64,000 bases of DNA from Candidatus Aminicenantes bacterium (GTDB lineage Bacteria; Acidobacteriota; Aminicenantia; Aminicenantales; JAFGBC01). Location: contig OY969696.1 in NCBI GenBank assembly GCA_963702005.1, positions 544,001 through 608,000 of the forward strand. Reading direction: 5' to 3'. Positions 56,848 to 64,000 of the stretch are shown piece after piece; position 1 is the first letter of the stretch, and every line of letters starts with the position of its first letter. A model generated the notes under the pieces. It was not told where the DNA came from. It saw only the letters and a list, made by a program, of their open reading frames with translations, and ran no database searches. A program made the translations under genes and the position numbers.

Positions 56848-58788
56848 ATGAACGGACACCTCATTCTCAGGGAATGGAAGGAAAAATTCGAAATCCCCTT
56901 GCTCTCTCTGGTGCTGCTCATCATGCTTATCGGCCTGATTTCGGTTTTCCCTCAACGGGGGGATGTTCTTGTTCTCCTCACCGGCTCCATCGTGCTTGTC
57001 TTTCTCCCCTTCTTGGGAATGTTGATCGGCGCCAACGCCTTCAACACCGAGATCAAGGACGGAGCTTGGGCTTTCCTTTTTTCGAGGCCGGTTAAGAAGT
57101 CAACGGTTTGGATCTCGAAGTTCATCGCTCTCGTCGGCTATCTGGCGGCGACTCTTCTCGTTTACTATGTCGTTCTATCCATGTTTCCAAGCATCAAGGA
57201 CCGGCTGAACGAATTCGGGTTTAAGATGGAGCCGCTGGGCACGATTTCCCCCTGGGCGCTGTGTTTGATCATGTCCTTCAGCCTTTTCATCATCGCCTTC
57301 TCGCTGTCGTTCCTGACCGACAATCAATTCCATGTCATTTTCTTTTCCCTGTTCGTATTCGCGGGATTGGCGATCCTCTTGTTCATGATTCTTTTTACGA
57401 TCGCCCGCATCAAGCCTCGCTTCGTCTTTTTAGTGCCTATTGCTTGGGGGCTGGCCTTCGCGGGCGTCGCGGGGGCGTCCCTGGCCGCCTTCTGCCGCAG
57501 CGACTTTTCCCAGCCTCCCCGGAAGGTCCTCGGGTTCCTGAAATGGAGCGCGCTGCTTTTAATCCCCGCAATCATCTGCATTCTAGCCGCGGCCTGGATC
57601 GGGGAATGGCTGAGTCCGCTTGAATACATGGACGTGATGCCCGAAGGCCGCTTCGCTTTCATCCAAACAAATAGGGGGGATTACCGTTACGACGCGGACA
57701 GGGACGAGCTCAAGCGGCTGGGCAGAGCCTCGTGGGATTGGGGCTTTTCGGCCGGGGGGGGGAAAATCGTTGTGCTCAAGAACTTCCCCAAGGGAACAGG
57801 GCATGAGCCGGGGCCATGGATTATGGATGAGGACGGCAGCAATCAAAAGCCTCTCATCTCGGCCCAGGATCGGAACGGTTCTCTTTTTAAGGGGCAATAC
57901 GTCTATGGCTGCAGCTTGTCTCGGGACGGAACCCGTGTCGTGTTTATAACCCGCCCGATAAAATCCGGGACTCAATCGCGCCTGTGGAGCGTCAACTCCG
58001 ACGGAACGGGGTTGAGGGATTATCATGTCGATGTTCCCAACGCATATTTCTGGTCCTTACACGGTTTGACCGGTGATAATCGCCATGTCCTGCTGACTTT
58101 TCGCGATATCATTCCGAAGGAAACGACAAAAGCCCCAACGTGGTGGCTTATCAAGCTTTCGCTCGAGACCGGCGCGTGGCAGACGTTCGCCGAGAACGCC
58201 ATGATGACCCATGCCCTTGGTCTGTCCCCGGCAGGCGACAAGCTGGGGGTGACTTTCCGCTCCCCCCAGCCTGCGCTCCCGGTCCCCTCGAAACCGCACG
58301 CCTACGTTTATACACCTCCCGATACGCTGGCCGTTTTCGACCTCGAAACTCTGACCAGGACGGATATATTGAAAGGTCGGCCATTCAACAATGCCCGCTG
58401 GGACGCGACCGGAGCCAGGATCGCTTTTTTGACCGAGGCGGGGAGACGCCTGGGCGTCTATTCCCTCGCCGAAAACAAGGTCGTTGCCGAGAGAGAAATC
58501 GGGGCCGAGTTCAAGGATTCGAACATGGATTTGCTCATCCGGTTCATGGACTGGGTAGATGGGGGCCGAAAGATCGCGATTATCGGACGAGTGGACAAAC
58601 ACTATGTGCTTAGGATATTCGATGACAAGCTAGCCGGGGAAAAAATCTACAGTATTCCCCGATCTGAGACGTTCACGTTCATCCCCGAAGCCCATGGCTT
58701 CGGTGCAAAAGTGCTCGTCCAGGATTATCAGTCATTAAGGCTTCTGGCCTTCGACCTGGCCACCGAAAAATGGCGTAAGCTCTTTTAA
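56848..58788 (+). CDS. ABC-2 permease fused to a C-terminal TolB-like beta-propeller
   Basis: E..DGAWAFLFSRPVKKSTVWISKF permease motif, multiple TMs; then WIMDEDGSNQK, SRDGTRVVF, LWSVNSDGTG, SPAGDKL, WDATGARIAF repeats. Confidence 0.78.
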   Translation: MNGHLILREWKEKFEIPLLSLVLLIMLIGLISVFPQRGDVLVLLTGSIVLVFLPFLGMLIGANAFNTEIKDGAWAFLFSRPVKKSTVWISKFIALVGYLAATLLVYYVVLSMFPSIKDRLNEFGFKMEPLGTISPWALCLIMSFSLFIIAFSLSFLTDNQFHVIFFSLFVFAGLAILLFMILFTIARIKPRFVFLVPIAWGLAFAGVAGASLAAFCRSDFSQPPRKVLGFLKWSALLLIPAIICILAAAWIGEWLSPLEYMDVMPEGRFAFIQTNRGDYRYDADRDELKRLGRASWDWGFSAGGGKIVVLKNFPKGTGHEPGPWIMDEDGSNQKPLISAQDRNGSLFKGQYVYGCSLSRDGTRVVFITRPIKSGTQSRLWSVNSDGTGLRDYHVDVPNAYFWSLHGLTGDNRHVLLTFRDIIPKETTKAPTWWLIKLSLETGAWQTFAENAMMTHALGLSPAGDKLGVTFRSPQPALPVPSKPHAYVYTPPDTLAVFDLETLTRTDILKGRPFNNARWDATGARIAFLTEAGRRLGVYSLAENKVVAEREIGAEFKDSNMDLLIRFMDWVDGGRKIAIIGRVDKHYVLRIFDDKLAGEKIYSIPRSETFTFIPEAHGFGAKVLVQDYQSLRLLAFDLATEKWRKLF

Positions 58789-59411
58789 TTTCTGCCGTCT
58801 CGCGCTTTAAGAAGAAGAACGGTAGCGGCGTCCCCGTCGGATTTGGCTTCGACGGCCCGGCGAAAAGCCTCCATCTCGCAGCGTCGTAAGGTCAGGGAGC
58901 GGTCCGTGTCGCGGGGATAGGTCAGGAGGAGGGTCGGGTCGGGCTGCCAGTCGGGATGGCGCCGGGCCAGGAATATCTGGAACTTTTCCTCGAGGATGAT
59001 CTCGGCCAGTTCAGCCGGAGAAAACGCTTTTTCCGGGCTTGCGCCCCCCGCCTTCCCCGCCAAACAGGTCGCGACCCAGGTTTCGCCGATCCGGACCCTT
59101 TCGTTGTTATCGACGCCGCCGTACTTCCCATCAAAAACGCGGACGCGGTCCGCTCCGTCAAGCGGCCGGAAGCCCGGTGGCGGCTGAGGGTGATCGAACA
59201 GGTAGGTCTTGGATCCGTCGAAGACCGCGGCCGGGACGGCGTCGGGCTCGAATCCCGGCCAGAGAGATGCCGACTCGATCCGGTCCAGTTCCGTCATGAA
59301 GCTCAGGACCGTGAAAATAATTGCGCCGGCCGCGACCCCGGCCCAGGCGAGGAGGCAGCCCAGGACGGCGAGAATGATCCGGCGATGCCCGCGGTCCCAA
59401 CGGCGCCTCAT
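58785..59411 (-). CDS. Hypothetical membrane-anchored protein, possibly truncated
   Basis: N-terminal TM, GC-rich codon pattern; the end overlaps the convergent stop. Confidence 0.5.
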   Translation of the reverse strand: MRRRWDRGHRRIILAVLGCLLAWAGVAAGAIIFTVLSFMTELDRIESASLWPGFEPDAVPAAVFDGSKTYLFDHPQPPPGFRPLDGADRVRVFDGKYGGVDNNERVRIGETWVATCLAGKAGGASPEKAFSPAELAEIILEEKFQIFLARRHPDWQPDPTLLLTYPRDTDRSLTLRRCEMEAFRRAVEAKSDGDAATVLLLKARDGRN

Positions 59412-59566
59412 GAAGCGATCTTTCTTCTATATTTCCCGGCTCTCTATCAATAAATACGCGTGAGAAGGCCGTTTTGTTTCGGAAGAACCGACCTTATCCA
59501 AATCATTGGATTCATAGTTCGGCCCGTCTCCGGAGCGGAAAGAGCCTCATCGGCCGCTATCGATGT

Positions 59567-60649
59567 TTATCCGCAGACCGCGCTGAAGACGCGGAGGACG
59601 TTCGACCAACAAATATTCATGAGACGCTCTTCGCTGAGCCCGCGCTCGGCCAGGGCGTCCCGGACGAGGGCGAGGCCCGAACAGTCCTCGACGCCGTTGG
59701 GCAGCGAGGGAACTCCGTCGAAATCGGTTCCGAATGCGACGGCTTGATTTCCCGCCAGCCGTTCGATATAGAGGATGTGATCCAGGTAGCGGTCGAGCGG
59801 GAGCTTCTCGTCGGCCATCGTCCGGCCGAGGCGCGTCACGAAACGGGAGAAGGCCTCAGCCAACCCGATCGGATTATTTCCCGACTGCTCCTCTTCCCGG
59901 TCCAAGGCTTTGAATAAATCCCCCGCCCGTTGTTCCGTGGTCTCCCTGTAATCTGGGTCAAGGAAATAAGGGTAGAGGTTGATACCGACCAGGCCGCCGG
60001 ATTCCGCGATGCCGCGGATGAGGTCGTCCCTAAGATTTCTCGGGACGGGATTAAGAGCATGGACGCAGGAGTGGGAAGCGACGACCGGCGCGCGGCTCAA
60101 GGCCAGGACTCGTTCGACGGCCCGGTCATGGGCGTGGGAAACGTCGACGATCATGCCCAGATCGTTCATGGCCGCGACGACGTCCCTCCCCAGCTCGGAG
60201 AGGCCGTTGAAACGGGGCGAGGGGTCGTTCGATGAAACGATCCAGTCGTTGCTCCGGGAGTGGACGAGGGTCATGAGGCGGACGCCGCGCTCCTTGAGAC
60301 GCTCGAGCTTGCCGAGGTCGTTCTCGATGGCGCTCCCGTTCTCGACGGCCAGGACGACCGCGGTTTTTCCGGCGCGTCGGGCCGATTCGATATCGGACGA
60401 TCGGGCGCAGACCGCGAGTTCGCCCCCGTGCTTCTCGACGGTCTCCTCGACGATGTCGAGCATTCGCAGGGCCAGCGGAAACGCCTCGCCGGAGGGAATC
60501 GCCGTGGGGATGTAGCAGGCGAAGACCTGGAGGCCGATTCCGCCGCGTCTCAGGGCGGGCAGGTTGACGTGGAGCGAAGCGTCGTCGAGGCTGCGTCCCG
60601 CGAGCAGAGACATGGCCGTGTCGCAGTGGAGGTCGGCGATGGGAATCAT
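59567..60649 (-). CDS. Membrane dipeptidase (M19 family)
   Basis: DLHCDT, LAVENG, MIVDVSH, VASHS, RNLRDD, GTDFDG. Confidence 0.93.
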   Translation of the reverse strand: MIPIADLHCDTAMSLLAGRSLDDASLHVNLPALRRGGIGLQVFACYIPTAIPSGEAFPLALRMLDIVEETVEKHGGELAVCARSSDIESARRAGKTAVVLAVENGSAIENDLGKLERLKERGVRLMTLVHSRSNDWIVSSNDPSPRFNGLSELGRDVVAAMNDLGMIVDVSHAHDRAVERVLALSRAPVVASHSCVHALNPVPRNLRDDLIRGIAESGGLVGINLYPYFLDPDYRETTEQRAGDLFKALDREEEQSGNNPIGLAEAFSRFVTRLGRTMADEKLPLDRYLDHILYIERLAGNQAVAFGTDFDGVPSLPNGVEDCSGLALVRDALAERGLSEERLMNICWSNVLRVFSAVCG

Positions 60650-60771
60650 GGGCCCATTATCTCAAATTCGGTTGCCGCGGCAAACTCTCCGCCGCGCTTT
60701 GAGCCGCACCCCGGTTTGTCTTATACTGCTCTGGACGGCCCGGCGCCGCAGCCTATCGAGGGAGAAACGAG

Positions 60772-61236
60772 ATGCCCCAACCGAATCCGACCGCGATCTC
60801 CCAAAAAAAGAGGATCGCCCTCATCGCCCACGACAACAAGAAAAAAGACCTTCTCGAATGGGCTCGCTTCAACAAGGAGCTTCTGGCCGGCCGCGCGCTG
60901 ATCGCGACCGGGACCACCGGGACGCTCCTTCACAACGAGCTCGGTTTCGACGTCGAGAGGCTCCAGAGCGGCCCCCTGGGCGGCGATCAGCAGATCGGCG
61001 CCAAGATCGCCCAGGGAGAGATCGACCTGCTCATTTTTTTCTGGGATCCGCTCGAGCCGCAGCCCCACGACACGGACGTCAAGGCTCTGCTCCGGATCGC
61101 GGTCGTCTGGAATATTCCGGTCGCCTGCAACCGGGCCACCGCCGACTTCCTGATATCCTCGCCCCTGATGGACGAGCCGTACGAACGCCGGGTCCCCGAT
61201 TACGAGGCCTATAAAAAGCGGCTCGACGGCGACTGA
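60772..61236 (+). CDS. mgsA: Methylglyoxal synthase
   Basis: [38 protein letters not shown]. Confidence 0.96.
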   Translation: MPQPNPTAISQKKRIALIAHDNKKKDLLEWARFNKELLAGRALIATGTTGTLLHNELGFDVERLQSGPLGGDQQIGAKIAQGEIDLLIFFWDPLEPQPHDTDVKALLRIAVVWNIPVACNRATADFLISSPLMDEPYERRVPDYEAYKKRLDGD

Positions 61237-61248
61237 AGCCGCCGTCCT

Positions 61249-63984
61249 TCAGCTCGTCCCGAGCGCGGTCTTGAGATAGCGGCCGGTGATCGAACGGGCC
61301 GACCTGGCGACCTCCTCCGGCGTCCCCTCGGCGACGACGCGTCCTCCCTTCTCCCCGCCCTCCGGGCCGAGGTCGATGACGCGGTCGGCGCATTTAACGA
61401 CGTCCAGGTTGTGCTCGATGACGGCGACCGAGTGGCCTTGCTCGACGAGTCTGTCGAAACAGGCGACCAGGACCGAGATGTCGTCGAGATGGAGGCCGAT
61501 CGTCGGCTCGTCGAAAAGGTAGAGAATGCGCTTGTCGCGCTCGTGGACGAGATGATAGGCGAGCTTGATCCGCTGCAGCTCGCCCCCCGACAGGGTCGTC
61601 GTCGGCTGGCCGAGCTTGAGGTAGCCGAGGCCGACCTCGGCCAGAGGCCGGAGCCTCTTGGTCACATCGGGGGTTTCGCCGAAAAAGACGCAGGCGTCCT
61701 CGACGGTCATGGCGAGGACCTCGTCGATATTCTTTCCCTTGTAGCGGATATCCAGGATGTCGCTCTTGAAGCGCTTGCCTTTGCAAGCGTCGCAGGTCAG
61801 GGTGATGTCCGACAGGAACTGCATCTCGACGATTTGGGATCCGGCCCCCTTGCATTCCTCGCACCGTCCGCCGGCCGTGTTGAAGGAGAAGGCGCCCGGC
61901 TTATAGCCCAGGGCTCGGGCCTCCCGGGTTTCGCTGAAGAGGTCGCGGATTCCGTCCATGGCTTTTGTGTAGGTGGCGGGGATGGAGCGGGGCGAGGTGC
62001 TCAGGGGCGCCTGGTCGACCATGATGATTTTGTCGATCCGCTCGGCCCCGCGAATGGCCCCGAATCCCGCCGTCTCCTCGCCGCTCCAGCCGCGGTAGAG
62101 GACGTCGTGGACGAGCGTGCTCTTGCCCGATCCCGAGACGCCGGTGATCGCCGTTAAGACGCCGAGGGGAAGCTTGACGTTGATGTTCTTGAGGTTGTGG
62201 AGACGGGCGTCCCGGATTTCGAGGAATCCCCGAGGCGTTCGGCGCCGGGGCGGGATGGGAATGGATTTTTCTCCCCTCAAGTAGCGGGCCGTCAGGGACT
62301 TCTTTGATTTCAGGAAAGCGTCTTTGGACCCCGCGAACAGAATGCGGCCGCCCTGCTCGCCCGCCCGCGGGCCGAGGTCGATCATGAACTCGGCGGCCCG
62401 GATGATTTCGGGGTCGTGCTCGACGATCAGGACGGTGTTCCCGATCTCCTTGAGGGCGCGCAGGATCTCGACCAGGCGGCCGTTGTCGCGGGGATGGAGC
62501 CCGATCGAAGGCTCATCCAAGACGAAAAGGGTTCCGACCAGCGACGACCCGAGGGCCGCGGCCAGGTTGATCCGCTGGGCTTCCCCGCCGCTCAACGTGA
62601 AGGTCATCCGGTCGAGCGTGATGTAGTCGAGCCCGACCTCGAGCAGGTAGCGGAGCCGGCCTTCGATCTCGGCGACCAGCTTCTCGGCGACCTGCCGCTC
62701 GAATTCGGAGAGGGTCAGGCCCTTGATGAAAGCCTGGGCGTCGGTGACGGTCATCCGGGCGACGTCCCCGATCGTCCGTCCCGCCACCCGGACGTTCCGG
62801 GCCTGGGGGTTGAGCCGGGTTTGGCCGCAGGCCGGGCAGGGAACGAATTTCCGGTAGCGGCTGAGGAGGACTCGGACCTGGACCTTGTACTTTTTGGTCT
62901 GGAGCCAGTCGAAGAAGCCCTTGACGCCGTAGAAGCCGCTCCCGCCTTTGAGGACGAAATCCTTCCACTCGGGTTTGAGGTCCTTGAAGGGGACCGTGGT
63001 CGGGATCCCCTTGCGTTTTGCCTTGGCCAGCATCTCCCGCATCATGCCCCGGGCGAGCGGCGTCGTCCAGGGCGCGACGGCGCCCTCCTCCAGGGATTTC
63101 GCCGGATCGGGGACGACCTTGTCCTCATCCATGACCGCCAAATCGCCGAAGCCGTGGCACTCGGGGCAGGCTCCTTGCGGGCTGTTGAAAGAGAAGAGGT
63201 TGGGGAAGGGATCCTCGTAAACGATTCCGCAGGGCTTGCATTCGAGCCGCTCCGAGAACAGGAACTCCCGCCCGTCGCCGGTCAAGACCCGGGCCCGACC
63301 CTCGCCCTTCTTGAAGGCCATTTCGAGCGAATCGGCCAGCCGCTCCCGCTCGTCCTTGTCGAGGGCGAGCCGGTCGACCAGGACGTCGACCGCGCCGGAC
63401 TTGGCGTGCCGGCCTTCGTCGATAGGAACGACCTCGCCGTCCCGCAGGATACGGGTGAAGCCGTCCTTCTTGAGGACGGCCAGGCCGCGGGCCATCGGCC
63501 AGGCAAAGCTGATGGAAAGCCGAGTCCCGGTCGGGAGAGCGAGGAGGGCATCGACGGCGCCGTCGATCGTGTCCCGCCGGACCGGCCGGCCGCACTTGAG
63601 GCAGTGGACGATCCCGATCCGGGCGAACAGGACTCTCAGGAAGTCGTAGATCTCGGTGACGGTGGCCACGGTCGAGCGCGGATTTTTGGTGGCCGCCTTC
63701 TGCTGGATGGCGATCGCGGGAGGGATCCCCTCGATGAGGTCCGCCTCGGGCTTGTCCATCCGCTCCAGGAACTGGCGGGCGTAGGACGACAGGGACTCGA
63801 TGTAGCGGCGCTGGCCCTCGGCATAGAGCGTGTCGAAAGCCAATGAGGATTTTCCCGAGCCGCTGACCCCGCTGACGACGATGAGCTTGTGGACGGGGAC
63901 GTCGAGGTCGATCGCCTTGAGGTTGTGGACGCGGACGCCGCGGAGCTTGATGACGTCCTGGGCGGCGCGGGCGTTGGGTTTCAT
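61249..63984 (-). CDS. uvrA: Excinuclease ABC subunit A
   Basis: Two ABC modules (GVSGSGKSS, LSGGEAQRI; GVSGSGKST, LSGGELQRI), zinc fingers, FSFNSPQGAC. Confidence 0.95.
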   Translation of the reverse strand: MKPNARAAQDVIKLRGVRVHNLKAIDLDVPVHKLIVVSGVSGSGKSSLAFDTLYAEGQRRYIESLSSYARQFLERMDKPEADLIEGIPPAIAIQQKAATKNPRSTVATVTEIYDFLRVLFARIGIVHCLKCGRPVRRDTIDGAVDALLALPTGTRLSISFAWPMARGLAVLKKDGFTRILRDGEVVPIDEGRHAKSGAVDVLVDRLALDKDERERLADSLEMAFKKGEGRARVLTGDGREFLFSERLECKPCGIVYEDPFPNLFSFNSPQGACPECHGFGDLAVMDEDKVVPDPAKSLEEGAVAPWTTPLARGMMREMLAKAKRKGIPTTVPFKDLKPEWKDFVLKGGSGFYGVKGFFDWLQTKKYKVQVRVLLSRYRKFVPCPACGQTRLNPQARNVRVAGRTIGDVARMTVTDAQAFIKGLTLSEFERQVAEKLVAEIEGRLRYLLEVGLDYITLDRMTFTLSGGEAQRINLAAALGSSLVGTLFVLDEPSIGLHPRDNGRLVEILRALKEIGNTVLIVEHDPEIIRAAEFMIDLGPRAGEQGGRILFAGSKDAFLKSKKSLTARYLRGEKSIPIPPRRRTPRGFLEIRDARLHNLKNINVKLPLGVLTAITGVSGSGKSTLVHDVLYRGWSGEETAGFGAIRGAERIDKIIMVDQAPLSTSPRSIPATYTKAMDGIRDLFSETREARALGYKPGAFSFNTAGGRCEECKGAGSQIVEMQFLSDITLTCDACKGKRFKSDILDIRYKGKNIDEVLAMTVEDACVFFGETPDVTKRLRPLAEVGLGYLKLGQPTTTLSGGELQRIKLAYHLVHERDKRILYLFDEPTIGLHLDDISVLVACFDRLVEQGHSVAVIEHNLDVVKCADRVIDLGPEGGEKGGRVVAEGTPEEVARSARSITGRYLKTALGTS

Positions 63985-64000
63985 GTCCTTTACTTCGAGA

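Noticed and set aside
58785-58800. ORF 58785-59411 ends DGRN* like ORF 32641-33378
   Set aside because: Only ~15 nt of partial similarity, without the REP core; may be chance.
1-64000. tRNA, rRNA, tmRNA, CRISPR array, prophage or integrase genes
   Set aside because: None recognised by eye; ssrA is not adjacent to smpB in this window.

Overview
A GC-rich chromosomal segment from a Gram-negative (Kdo/LPS-encoding) bacterium. The gene content (VWA-domain and 6-bladed-propeller proteins, many exported hypotheticals) suggests Acidobacteriota/Ca. Aminicenantes, but that is inference only. The core part holds carD-CNNM-smpB-M16 peptidase divergent from rpmH-rnpA-yidD-yidC-jag-mnmE-mnmG-[parS]-parA-parB-bactofilin-kdsB-pyrG-kdsA-kdsD-kdsC-pmm-manC. 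It also holds uppP, accA-hisS-aspS, rlmB, thyA-like, ogt, fadD, radC-recA, sod, corA, a YtrA/GntR-ABC operon, mgsA and uvrA. There are two AT-rich accessory islets. The first (~19.8-26.7 kb) has an IS3 remnant, a membrane-anchored double-redoxin, a 6-bladed beta-propeller with an in-frame amber codon, a secreted 10-Cys peptide and a VWA protein split by an IS481-like element with unusual ends; it is the best candidate for an undescribed system. The second (~41.2-44.1 kb) has an OMP remnant, DUF3800, a lipoprotein and higBA, followed by an NYN nuclease. Non-coding highlights: a four-copy nested palindromic repeat (70/138/139/180 bp) carrying IS200/IS605-like hairpins, one copy in-frame inside kdsC and two supplying -35 boxes; a second REP/REPIN family; an orphan structured RNA candidate between sod and corA; and a Tat-signal/cytoplasmic dual-start SOD.
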